Program-made: the position numbers and the translations under genes
Part shown: piece by piece, positions 26,149-35,241 of the stretch
Position numbering within the stretch: the first letter of the stretch is position 1
Layout: each line of letters opens with the position of its first letter
The notes under the pieces: model-generated
Databases searched by the model: none
Told to the model about the DNA's origin: nothing
What the model saw: only the letters and a program-made list of their open reading frames with translations
From: a virus
Taxonomy: Duplodnaviria; Caudoviricetes
Reading direction: 5' to 3' (one strand)
Length of the DNA stretch: 35,432 nucleotides
IMG/VR virus record: IMGVR_UViG_3300006129_000018
Location: 1 to 35,432 of that record

Positions 26149-26414
26149 TGATTTGATGTGCAAATATCCCCTCATTTAAAAGATCTTACCGTGTTTTAAC
26201 GACAGTTAACAACAGATAACGTAAGATAGGGGGGAGTAGTATATAGTAGTATACCTATATAATATATTAGAAGGAGGGAGGGGGTAAATTTAATTTTATA
26301 AAAAATTAGGTTATACCACCTTACTATATTTTTTATAATTTTTAAAACAAAGGGGGGATACAAGGTCTACAATCAATTTATTTAAGTTTTAATGGTTAGG
26401 TATTACTAGATAAT

Positions 26415-26435
26415 AAAAAAGGCCCCTAAGGGCCT
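26415..26435 (-). terminator. Rho-independent terminator
   Basis: Minus strand AGGCCC-TTAG-GGGCCT-TTTTT. Confidence 0.75.
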
Positions 26436-26526
26436 CTATTCACGTTTAAATGGTATTCTGTGATCTGGTCTCCCCACACTTCGTTCTTACGGGGTCGACG
26501 ACTGTCTTCTTTGTTACACAGTCTAC

Positions 26527-26625
26527 TATATTAATATATTTAATATATATATAATATATATAATATAATAATAATAAATAATAAATAATAATATATATAA
26601 TATATATTAATATATTTTATTATAT
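26527..26625. repeat. ~100-bp pure A/T low-complexity tract with internal repeats (origin/unwinding-element candidate)
   Basis: No G or C. ATATTAATATATTT occurs near both ends, AATATATATAATATAT twice, plus AATA(A) tandems. Confidence 0.7.
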
Positions 26626-26647
26626 CATACTTTGTTAATATTGTCAA
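26619..26647 (-). promoter_or_regulatory. Consensus sigma70 promoter, leftward
   Basis: TTGACA-ATATTAACAAAGTATGA(17)-TATAAT with extended -10 TG. Confidence 0.8.
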
Positions 26648-26703
26648 TACATACTTGTAAATAATTATACTACATACGTGTTAAAAAATAATTACAATAA
26701 AGC

Positions 26704-26732
26704 TTGACAAATGATTAAAAGTATGGTATAAT
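26704..26732 (+). promoter_or_regulatory. Consensus sigma70 promoter for the packaging/structural arm
   Basis: TTGACA-AATGATTAAAAGTATGG(17)-TATAAT, then AAAGGA RBS and ATG 26763. Confidence 0.85.
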
Positions 26733-26762
26733 ATTAGTATGTAGTTAGAAAAGGATAATAAT

Positions 26763-27347
26763 ATGGATGATTCAAGTAAAGCATCAGTTAACAATTTAAG
26801 TAATGCTCCTAAACGTAGACGTGCTGTAAACAAGACAGGTAAACATTGGTCTCAACAACAAAAGATTGAAACAGTACTTACATATCTTGCTACGGGCAGT
26901 GAAGTAAAAACGTCGGCTGCTACAGGTGTACCTAAGGCTACTTTGCATATCTGGAGATATCAGCCTTGGTGGAAAGAACTTGTTAGACAACTTCAAGAAG
27001 AGCAAGACGATGCAATTAATGCAGATGTAGCTAAGATTATTGAAAAAAGTATGGCTACTGTTGCTGACAGACTTGAAAACGGTGATTTTGGGTTTAACCA
27101 AAAAACTGGCGAGATATTCCGTAAACCTGTTAACCTTAGGGATGCCCATAAAGTTGCTGTTGATATGATTGACAAACGTAACTTGTTAAACGGCAAACCA
27201 ACTTCTAGAACTGAAACAAGTAGTGCAAATAACCAGCTTGAGTTTCTTGCTAAGAAATTCGCAGAGTTTGCATCTATGACCAAACAAGATTTAAAACACG
27301 CTATCAATCAAGATGAAATTATAGACGTGGAAGTAAATGAAGAATGA
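26763..27347 (+). CDS. Terminase small subunit
   Basis: N-terminal HTH (WSQQQKIE...TSAATGVPKATLHIWR), LLNGKPTSRTE, ATGA overlap with TerL. Confidence 0.75.
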   Translation: MDDSSKASVNNLSNAPKRRRAVNKTGKHWSQQQKIETVLTYLATGSEVKTSAATGVPKATLHIWRYQPWWKELVRQLQEEQDDAINADVAKIIEKSMATVADRLENGDFGFNQKTGEIFRKPVNLRDAHKVAVDMIDKRNLLNGKPTSRTETSSANNQLEFLAKKFAEFASMTKQDLKHAINQDEIIDVEVNEE

Positions 27348-28861
27348 GAGTAACCAAGGAAATTGTATACGGATTGATGGGTTCAGTCCTGTCTTCTAAC
27401 CTTGGAGATGCTGTTGCAACACCAGCTTGCCACCTTGAGTGGTGGGATCTGTGTTGTGGACCAGACAAGTATGTAGCTATATCCGCCCCACGGGGGCACG
27501 CCAAATCAACTGCGGTCACGATGGGATACGGTTTAGCTACGCTCTTGTTCAGGGAAAGAAAGTTTATGTTGTTAGTCTCAGACACTGAGTCTCAATCAGC
27601 TTTGTTCCTAGGTGCGATTAAACAGCAGTTAACAGAGAATGAAGACCTTATCAACATGTTTGGAATTAAACGTGATGAAAAAGGGATTGTTAAGTTTGTT
27701 AAAGAAACAGAAACAGATATCATTGTAGCTTTTGATAACGGAGATAAGTTCCGTATTATTGCCAAGGGTGGCGAACAGAAGATGCGTGGTCTTATCTGGG
27801 ATGGTAGTAGACCAGACATAGTTATCTGTGATGACATGGAAAACGATGAAGCTGTAATGAACAGTGATCGTCGTAAGAAATTTAGAAGATGGTTTTTCGG
27901 AGCGTTATTACCTTGTTTAAGCGATAAAGGTATTGTCCGGATAGTAGGTACCATCTTGCATATGGATAGTCTCCTAGAGTCTCTAATGCCTCGTGAGGGG
28001 GATAAAAAGACTGTAGTAGAAGATCTAAAAATGTATAGTGTAGGTCGTGGTATGTGGAAGTCGGTTAAGTACCGAGGACACAACCAAGACTTTTCAAAGA
28101 TATTATGGCCAGAAAAAAAATCAGCAGAGTGGTTCAAAGACTACAGAAATGAGTGTATTCGTCTTGGTATGCCAGATGTTTATTCTCAAGAAATACTTAA
28201 CATTCCTCTTGACGAAGCTTCAGCCTATTTTAAAAAAGTAGACTTTATGCCAATGACCGAAGAGGATCATAAGCTTAAAGTTAATTATTATATAACTGCA
28301 GACTTAGCTATATCACAGAACAATCAAGCTGACTATAGTGTGTTTATGGTTGCTGGTGTAGATGAGAACAAACGATTACATGTTAAACAAGTAATACGTG
28401 AACGTCTAGATGGTCAAGAGATTGTAGATACAATATTAGCATTACATAGGCTGTATGAGCCAGATGCTTTTGGTATTGAAGACATGCAAGTGTCTAAATC
28501 TATCGGTCCTTTTCTTCGGGAAGAAATGTTCAAGACTGGTACGTTTGTAAACATAGTTCCACTTAAACATGGTGGTAAAGATAAAATCGCAAGAGGACGT
28601 AGCATCCAAGCCCGTATGAGAGCTAAGGGTGTTAAGTTTGATAAGAACACTGATTGGTATCAAACACTAGAAGATGAGTGTTTAAGATTTCCAAGAGACA
28701 GACACGACGACCAAGTAGACTGTTTAGCTTATTTAGGCATGATGCTTGATAAACTCATTGAAGCTCCAACTCAAGAAGAAGTAGACGAAGACGAGTACAG
28801 AGAAGCTTTACATGAGTATGGATATGACCAAAAAGGTCGCAACGCAGTTACAGGATATTAA
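27344..28861 (+). CDS. Terminase large subunit
   Basis: Walker A APRGHAKST, Walker B RPDIVICDDME, VGTILH, nuclease TADLAIS...ADYS, HDDQVDCLAY. Confidence 0.93.
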   Translation: MRVTKEIVYGLMGSVLSSNLGDAVATPACHLEWWDLCCGPDKYVAISAPRGHAKSTAVTMGYGLATLLFRERKFMLLVSDTESQSALFLGAIKQQLTENEDLINMFGIKRDEKGIVKFVKETETDIIVAFDNGDKFRIIAKGGEQKMRGLIWDGSRPDIVICDDMENDEAVMNSDRRKKFRRWFFGALLPCLSDKGIVRIVGTILHMDSLLESLMPREGDKKTVVEDLKMYSVGRGMWKSVKYRGHNQDFSKILWPEKKSAEWFKDYRNECIRLGMPDVYSQEILNIPLDEASAYFKKVDFMPMTEEDHKLKVNYYITADLAISQNNQADYSVFMVAGVDENKRLHVKQVIRERLDGQEIVDTILALHRLYEPDAFGIEDMQVSKSIGPFLREEMFKTGTFVNIVPLKHGGKDKIARGRSIQARMRAKGVKFDKNTDWYQTLEDECLRFPRDRHDDQVDCLAYLGMMLDKLIEAPTQEEVDEDEYREALHEYGYDQKGRNAVTGY

Positions 28862-28862
28862 A

Positions 28863-30875
28863 TTGAACGAATTAAATGCAAAATTAAAACTTGAAGATTT
28901 GGTTTCATGTCCTAACATTGCCGAACTACTTGATGAAGCGGATTTAAATAAGATTGGTTGGGATTGTGTTCACGGCTTTGATTTAGATTTACTAAGCCGT
29001 TCTGCTTGGGAAAAGAAAACAGAAGAGTCTATGAAGCTTGCTTTGCAAGTAGTAGAACAGAAATCCTTTCCATGGCCAGGTGCTTCAAACGTTAAGTTTC
29101 CCCTTATTACTATTGCAGCATTACAGTACCATGCACGTAGTTATCCTGTTCTTGTAAGTGGTGATCAACCTGTTAGGTGTCGTGTTATTGGACAAGACCC
29201 AGACGGAGAAAAGACCCGTAGAGCAGATCGAGTAGGTGCTCATATGTCCTATCAAATCCTAGAAGAGGATGATGATTGGGAAGAAGAGATGGATAGAGTT
29301 CTTATTACTCAACCTATTATTGGTTGTGCTTTTAAGAAGACATATTACCATCCTGTCATGCGTCGACCTGAATCAGAATACATTCTAGCTCAGGATCTTG
29401 TAGTTAATTACTGGACCAAAAGTTTAGATAAAGCTCCAAGAGTGACGCATGTACAATACATGGATAGTAACAAATTGTATGAGTTTAATGCTCGTGGTTT
29501 ATTCCTTAAACTAAAAGATGAAACACCAAGAGCTATAGTCCAGTCAAATTTATCTTTGACTAAGAACAAAGCCCAAGGTATGGATGCTCCAATGTCTGTA
29601 GACAAAACGACACCATACGAAATATTAGAACAACATTGTTTTATAGACTTTGATGGCGATGGATATGCTGAACCATACATTGTGTGGATCAATAGATCTA
29701 ACAAACAAGTGTTAAGAATTGTAGCTAGATATTTTACAGAGTCAATAGAATACTCTGATAAAGGTAAAGTATTAAGTATCACACCTGAATCTTATTTTAC
29801 TAAGTTCCCTTTTATACCATCACCAGATGGTGGGTTTTACGACTTAGGGTTTGGAGTTCTATTAGGACCGTTAAATCAAAGTATTGATACTATCATTAAT
29901 CAATTGATTGATGCTGGAACAATGGCTATTACAGCCGGTGGTTTCTTGAGTCGTGGTATTAAAATTCGTGGTGGTAATACTAACTTTGCTCCGCTAGAAT
30001 GGAAGCATGTAGATACTACAGGCGATGATTTACGTAAAGGTATTGTACCATTACCAGTAAGAGAACCTAGTCAAGTTATGTTTACATTGCTTGGTATGTT
30101 AATCAATTACGGTGAACGTATTGGTGGTTCAGTAGATATTCTTGTTGGTGAAAACCCAGGACAGAATACTGCAGCAGAAACTACACGTACAATGGCTGAA
30201 CAAGGTATGAAGATCTTCTCAGGTATTTTTAAACGTACCTACAGAAGTTTAGCACAAGAGTTTAAAAAGCTGTATCGTTTAAATCAGTTGTACATGGATG
30301 ACTCTGACTTTCAATCTGATCTAGGAGATTTCAATATCTTTGCATCAGACTATAATGGACCAATGTCAGACATTAGACCGGCAGCAGATCCAAACATTGT
30401 ATCAGATTCACAACGTATGGCACAAGCTCAAGCAATACTACAATTAGCTTTAACAACTCCTGGAGTTAACATAAGACAAGCACAGTTAGGTTATGTTAGA
30501 GCTTGGAAGTATGCTGAGATTGAACAGTTGTTACCGGATCCAAAAGGACCTAATGCAATACCTCCTAAACAAGATCCTAAGGTACAGATTGAACAAATGA
30601 AGTTACAAGGTAAGCAGATGGACATCCAGATGACTACTAAGTTAGCTACATTAAAGTTAATGCAAGAGCATGAAGTAAATCAAGCTAAGATTGCTAAGAT
30701 GGAAGCAGAAGCAATTCTAGCATTAGAGGAAGCTGGTGGAGTATCCAAAGGACACGACATCGCAGTATTAAATGCAGAAATAGCTTTGGCTAAATCTAAA
30801 AATGATGGTATAATGCAATCCATCGAAGCTATGTTAAAAATCTCTGAACATAATAGAGACCAAGAAAAGGAATAA
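28863..30875 (+). CDS. Portal protein (start uncertain: TTG 28863 or ATG 28812)
   Basis: Follows TerL; PWPGASNV, GCAFKKTYY, LEQHCFIDFDGDG, GFYDLGFG, QLIDAGT, PLPVREPS, coiled-coil C-terminal barrel. Confidence 0.88.
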   Translation: MNELNAKLKLEDLVSCPNIAELLDEADLNKIGWDCVHGFDLDLLSRSAWEKKTEESMKLALQVVEQKSFPWPGASNVKFPLITIAALQYHARSYPVLVSGDQPVRCRVIGQDPDGEKTRRADRVGAHMSYQILEEDDDWEEEMDRVLITQPIIGCAFKKTYYHPVMRRPESEYILAQDLVVNYWTKSLDKAPRVTHVQYMDSNKLYEFNARGLFLKLKDETPRAIVQSNLSLTKNKAQGMDAPMSVDKTTPYEILEQHCFIDFDGDGYAEPYIVWINRSNKQVLRIVARYFTESIEYSDKGKVLSITPESYFTKFPFIPSPDGGFYDLGFGVLLGPLNQSIDTIINQLIDAGTMAITAGGFLSRGIKIRGGNTNFAPLEWKHVDTTGDDLRKGIVPLPVREPSQVMFTLLGMLINYGERIGGSVDILVGENPGQNTAAETTRTMAEQGMKIFSGIFKRTYRSLAQEFKKLYRLNQLYMDDSDFQSDLGDFNIFASDYNGPMSDIRPAADPNIVSDSQRMAQAQAILQLALTTPGVNIRQAQLGYVRAWKYAEIEQLLPDPKGPNAIPPKQDPKVQIEQMKLQGKQMDIQMTTKLATLKLMQEHEVNQAKIAKMEAEAILALEEAGGVSKGHDIAVLNAEIALAKSKNDGIMQSIEAMLKISEHNRDQEKE

Positions 30876-30881
30876 CAATTT

Positions 30882-31100
30882 ATGGTAGTAACAGAGCCAG
30901 AGTTTCTTGACTGGAAACAAAGCCCAGTCACGAGTGCTTTTATGAAAGCTTTATTTAATGATAGAGAATACTTAAAAGAAATGTTGTTAGCAGGTACTGA
31001 TGATGATTCAAATGTCAGAGGACGTGCAGCAGCAATTGCTTTAATTATGACTATGACTTATGAAGACTTAATGGAATCACTAAAGGAAAACAGACAATGA
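30882..31100 (+). CDS. Small head-module protein
   Basis: 72 aa with EFLDWKQSPVT; AAGGA RBS. Confidence 0.7.
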   Translation: MVVTEPEFLDWKQSPVTSAFMKALFNDREYLKEMLLAGTDDDSNVRGRAAAIALIMTMTYEDLMESLKENRQ

Positions 31101-31456
31101 GTAATGTAACTGGTATTAATCCAATTTTAAATAGAATCCTACTTAAACCATTATATGTTGTAAATAAAACAGCTACTGGTATTATAGTATCTTCTGATGG
31201 GATGAGTGAACGAGAGCAACTAGGTAATACTACCGGAGAAGTTGTTGCAATTGGTCCAGACGCTTTTAAAGAAGAGGGTTACACAGAACCACCTGTTAAG
31301 GTTGGAGATAAAGTTGTTATTGCTAAGTATGCGGGTTTAATGTATATAGGCAGAGACGGTAACAAGTATAGAATGATTAACCATGATGACATTACAGGTA
31401 TCTTAGATCCTGACATGGACATTGTTGATCCACATTTAGTTAAAGGAATAAAATAA
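31097..31456 (+). CDS. groES: GroES/Cpn10-like co-chaperonin
   Basis: PILNRILLKP, KTATGIIV, GEVVAIGP, VKVGDKVVIAKYAG, YRMINHDDITG. Confidence 0.9.
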   Translation: MSNVTGINPILNRILLKPLYVVNKTATGIIVSSDGMSEREQLGNTTGEVVAIGPDAFKEEGYTEPPVKVGDKVVIAKYAGLMYIGRDGNKYRMINHDDITGILDPDMDIVDPHLVKGIK

Positions 31457-32298
31457 TGAGCGAAGATACTTTGCAACAAACAGAAACAACACAACCAGAC
31501 TTACCAGACTATGAAACAGAAGCTAGATCACAAGGTTGGGTAGCTCAAGATGAGTTTCGTGGTAATGAACATGATTGGGTTAATGCTGAAACTTTTGTTA
31601 AACGTGGAAGAGAGATTCTACCAATTGTTCGTAAGAATAATGAAAAGCTTCTTAAAGAATTAAATGAAGCTAAGAAGGATGCTCAAGAAGCTAAATTAGC
31701 AGCTAAGGAGTTTCAGAAGTTCCAACAGGAACAGTACGAAAGAAAAGCCAGAGAATTACAAGCACAATTAGATGCTCTTAAACAAGCAAAAAAAGAAGCT
31801 ATTAATTCTGGAGACGGAGAACGAGCAGTAGAACTTGATGACTTATCAGATGCTCTCAAAGAAGAAATTCGTGAGACTAAAGAACAAGCTAAAGTTAAAC
31901 CTGTAGAAGTTTTAGACACTCCACCAGCACCAGATGTCAACCTACAAAATTGGTTAGACAAAAATGATTGGTTTGGTACAGACAAGCGTACAACTGGTAT
32001 TGCAAATGGATTAGCGGAAGCTATCCGTATAGAGTCGCCTCATTTACAAGGTCAAGCTTTTCTTGACCAACTAGATAAAGAACTTGCAGAAGTACTTCCA
32101 GCTAAGTTTGGTAAACAGAAAAAATCAAATCCAATGGATACTGGAAATACTACAAGCACAACAACAAACCGTCCTGTAAAAGGTAAACGGACTTACGAAA
32201 GTCTACCAAGTGATGCTAAAGCAGCTTGTGATAGATTTGTAAAACAAAAATTAATGACTCGTGAAGAATACATTGAGTCATATGATTGGTCAGAGTAA
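31456..32298 (+). CDS. Putative capsid scaffolding protein
   Basis: Acidic coiled coil between portal and capsid; WLDKNDWFG; C-terminal MTREEYI. Confidence 0.7.
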   Translation: MSEDTLQQTETTQPDLPDYETEARSQGWVAQDEFRGNEHDWVNAETFVKRGREILPIVRKNNEKLLKELNEAKKDAQEAKLAAKEFQKFQQEQYERKARELQAQLDALKQAKKEAINSGDGERAVELDDLSDALKEEIRETKEQAKVKPVEVLDTPPAPDVNLQNWLDKNDWFGTDKRTTGIANGLAEAIRIESPHLQGQAFLDQLDKELAEVLPAKFGKQKKSNPMDTGNTTSTTTNRPVKGKRTYESLPSDAKAACDRFVKQKLMTREEYIESYDWSE

Positions 32299-32313
32299 TT
32301 AACGGAGATAGAT

Positions 32314-32826
32314 ATGACAGCAAGCAATAACAAAGTAGAACCAAAATCTGAAGAATTAAAATCAACATCTGATTTAGTTTCCACAGTTCCTTCCGAGAAA
32401 CCAGTACGCAGAAACAAAGGTGCGTTTAACGGGACCCGTGGTAAACTACAAGTAGGACAGCTCATTCAAGGCTATCACTTGTATTTCTTTAATGATGAAC
32501 CAGGTCGTATACAAGCGGCGTTAGATGCTGGCTGGGAATTTGTCGCTCCTGATGAGGTAGGTTATTCTTCTAGTAACGTTACAAATACAAACGTAGATCT
32601 AGGAAACAGAGTTAGTGTATTAGGCATGAAGAATGAAATGGGACAACCACAACAACAAATCCTTCTTAAAATTCGCCAGGAATGGTGGGAAGAGGATCAA
32701 GCCGAAATACAAAAAAGAAACGACAAAACTGATGCATCAATCAAACGAGGTAAAGGTGGTCATAGTGTTGACACTACCGGTTTCTATGATGCAGGAATTA
32801 AAACCTCTATGAGTAACAAATTTTAA
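32314..32826 (+). CDS. Head-module hypothetical protein
   Basis: GYHLYFFND..GRI...GWEFV, LLKIRQEWWEED. Confidence 0.7.
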   Translation: MTASNNKVEPKSEELKSTSDLVSTVPSEKPVRRNKGAFNGTRGKLQVGQLIQGYHLYFFNDEPGRIQAALDAGWEFVAPDEVGYSSSNVTNTNVDLGNRVSVLGMKNEMGQPQQQILLKIRQEWWEEDQAEIQKRNDKTDASIKRGKGGHSVDTTGFYDAGIKTSMSNKF

Positions 32827-32838
32827 AAGGAATTTTAA

Positions 32839-33462
32839 ATGGCAAACTTAAATGCCCCTCGTGGTCTAAGCCCTATCGGTACTATTACCGGTGGAGCATG
32901 GAACCAGCAAGGCCAATTATTCGCTATTGCTTCCGATGCTTCTAACACATACGCTATTGGCGATGTAGTTAAGTTGGCAGGCGGTGCGGATACTAATGGT
33001 ATTGCTTATGTAACAAAAGCAGCAACTACAGATATTCCTGTAGGTGTTATTGTCGCTACTCGTGTAGCTGACTATGGTGTATCTTTACAAGGTACAACCT
33101 TAGATCTAACTAAATTATATATTAGCTTAAGTGCTGGTTTACGCTATGTATACGTTGTAACAGATCCAAATGTAATTTATGAAATTGAAACAGATGCTAC
33201 AGGTGTTGCAGCTGCTGACGTAGGTAAGAATGCTGGTATGACTATTACAGCCAACCAAACATCTTTATCTCAGTCTAGCCCATTATCCTCTACTGTGTTA
33301 AATAGTTCCTCATTACTTGCTCAATCATCTTCAGGTTCATTAGCATTACCTTTAACTGTTATTGGAGTTTCATTACGTCCAGATAACGCTCCAGGTGCTT
33401 ATGATAATGTTCAAGTAATATTTAATAGACATCAATTCAAGCAAGCCCAAGGCACAGCTTAA
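32839..33462 (+). CDS. Putative capsid decoration/cement protein
   Basis: MANLNAPRGLSP, AIGDVVKL, VTDPNVIYEIE; beta-rich and immediately before the MCP. Confidence 0.65.
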   Translation: MANLNAPRGLSPIGTITGGAWNQQGQLFAIASDASNTYAIGDVVKLAGGADTNGIAYVTKAATTDIPVGVIVATRVADYGVSLQGTTLDLTKLYISLSAGLRYVYVVTDPNVIYEIETDATGVAAADVGKNAGMTITANQTSLSQSSPLSSTVLNSSSLLAQSSSGSLALPLTVIGVSLRPDNAPGAYDNVQVIFNRHQFKQAQGTA

Positions 33463-33482
33463 TACTTTAAAGGAATAATAAT

Positions 33483-34409
33483 ATGGCAGGCGTAATTACC
33501 ACTGGAACACATCCAAAAGCCCTATGGCCAGGCATTAAAGCTTGGTGGGGTCAAGTATACGACGAACATCCTGAAGAGTATTCAGCATTGTTTGACAAAG
33601 ATACTTCACATCAAAACTACGAAGAAGATGTCCAGTTAACTGGCTTCGGACTTGTACCACAAAAATCTGAAGGTATGGGTACTCAGTATGACTCAGAGAT
33701 TCAAGGTTTTACAACACGTTACACACACATTGCATATGCTTTGGGTTATATTGTAACTAAAGAAGAATTAGATGACAACCTCTATGAACAAGTTTCTAAG
33801 AAACGTTCTGGTGCTTTGGCAATGTCTTTCCGCCAAACTAAAGAAAACGTTGGAGCTAACATCTATAACCGTGCTTTCACTACTGGTACTAACTTACAGT
33901 ACGCTGGTGGTGATGGTGTCGCATTATGCTCCACAGCACATCCTAACACTTCTGGTGGAACTTTTTCAAACAAGTTAACAGTTGATGCTGACTTGTCTGA
34001 AGCAGCATTAGAAGATGCTACTATTGCCCTTATGGGTTTCCAAGACGATCGTGGATTGTTAATCAATGTAATGCCTAAATCATTACACATTGCTCGTCAA
34101 GAAATCTATAATGCAGGACGTATTCTTAAAACAGTATCACAACCAGGTAATGCAAACAATGACTTGAACATCCTCAAGGCAAACAATGTATTCCCAGGTG
34201 GTGCAATTGTAAACCACTATTTCACAGCTCCACACGCATGGTTCATCAGAACTAATGTACGTGACGGTATGAAGTATTACGAACGTGTTGGTATCCAGTT
34301 TGATCAAGATAATGATTTTGATACAATGAATGCTAAGGCTAAAGGCTATGAGCGTTACAGCTTTGGTTGGACAGACCCACGTGCAATCTTTGGATCTAAC
34401 GGTCCTTAA
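33483..34409 (+). CDS. Major capsid protein
   Basis: KALWPGIKAWWG, KSEG, RYTHIAYALG, GGDGVALCSTAHP, DLSEAALE, ERYSFGWTDPRAIFGS; strong AAGGA RBS. Confidence 0.88.
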   Translation: MAGVITTGTHPKALWPGIKAWWGQVYDEHPEEYSALFDKDTSHQNYEEDVQLTGFGLVPQKSEGMGTQYDSEIQGFTTRYTHIAYALGYIVTKEELDDNLYEQVSKKRSGALAMSFRQTKENVGANIYNRAFTTGTNLQYAGGDGVALCSTAHPNTSGGTFSNKLTVDADLSEAALEDATIALMGFQDDRGLLINVMPKSLHIARQEIYNAGRILKTVSQPGNANNDLNILKANNVFPGGAIVNHYFTAPHAWFIRTNVRDGMKYYERVGIQFDQDNDFDTMNAKAKGYERYSFGWTDPRAIFGSNGP

Positions 34410-34421
34410 TAGTAGTAACTA

Positions 34422-34457
34422 ATGTAGAGAGGGTTTAACCGACCCTTTCTATGTTTA
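34422..34457 (+). terminator. Hairpin after the MCP (leaky terminator or processing site)
   Basis: ATGTAGAGAGGGTT/GACCCTTTCTATGT stem with G.U pairs; only a short T tail. Confidence 0.5.
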
Positions 34458-34473
34458 CAGATTAATAAACCCC

Positions 34474-34510
34474 CCTTAACGCCTTCGGGCGTGACTAATT
34501 CACGTTAAGG
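34474..34510 (+). promoter_or_regulatory. Three-way-junction RNA structure sequestering the RBS of the next gene
   Basis: CCTTAAC [GCC-TTCG-GGC][GTGA-CTAAT-TCAC] GTTAAGG; the AAGG(A) RBS lies in the closing stem. Confidence 0.6.
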
Positions 34511-34518
34511 AAAACAAA

Positions 34519-35229
34519 ATGGGAAATCCCACAAGATTACAGGCAGGACTATCAACAGCTTATCAAAACGAAGTTTTTTATAGCTATCCATATCCAGACC
34601 CTTTCCACACAGGAAGCACACAAGCATTAGGTAGCACAAGCTACATGAATGACTTTAATACCCTTATTGGTACAGACTATACTGTATCTGGTTCAGGTTC
34701 AGCTTTTGCTTTAGCTTCTGGCGTAGGTGGAATTGCTGTATTAACTCCAGGTGGTACTACAACAGCCTCCGCAGCTTATAAAGCCGCACCATCTTTTCAA
34801 TTCATTTCTGGTAACCGTTTCTGGTTTACAACTCGTTTTAAAACTTCTGCTGTTGCTGGTAGCGTATCTTATTATGTAGGTTTACGTAACGGCTCTTCTG
34901 CTACTGATGGTTTGTGGTTCTCTAAAGCAGCTTCTTCAACAAGCATTAATTTAGTATCTACTGTTGGTTCTACAGCAACTACTTTAGTTACTGGTGTAGC
35001 TACAGCAGCTGCAGATACATACGTAGAAGTAGGTTTTTACTTTGACGGTACAGATTTATTAGTATATGCTAACAGTGCTTTAGTAGCTAGAGTAAGTGCA
35101 CCAACAATTGGTTCTTCAGGAACAACTTTAACTAATGCTGTTATTGGACAAGTTTTCCAAATTACTCCAACAGCAACTGATACTATGACTGTTGATTTTG
35201 TAGGAACAGCACAAGAAGTATCAAGATAA
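34519..35229 (+). CDS. Virion structural protein (beta-sandwich-like, Ser/Thr/Gly/Ala-rich)
   Basis: Follows the MCP; YMNDFN, FWFTTRFK, VGFYFDG pattern. Confidence 0.65.
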   Translation: MGNPTRLQAGLSTAYQNEVFYSYPYPDPFHTGSTQALGSTSYMNDFNTLIGTDYTVSGSGSAFALASGVGGIAVLTPGGTTTASAAYKAAPSFQFISGNRFWFTTRFKTSAVAGSVSYYVGLRNGSSATDGLWFSKAASSTSINLVSTVGSTATTLVTGVATAAADTYVEVGFYFDGTDLLVYANSALVARVSAPTIGSSGTTLTNAVIGQVFQITPTATDTMTVDFVGTAQEVSR

Positions 35230-35241
35230 TAGGAGCTATAT

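Noticed and set aside
26527-26625. CRISPR array or iteron set
   Set aside because: Low-complexity A/T repeats without regular repeat-spacer periodicity.
26796-34090. Numerous minus-strand ORFs over the structural genes (likewise at 904-3654 and the plus-strand ORFs over the minus arm)
   Set aside because: Fully nested antisense or alternate-frame ORFs without RBS or motifs.
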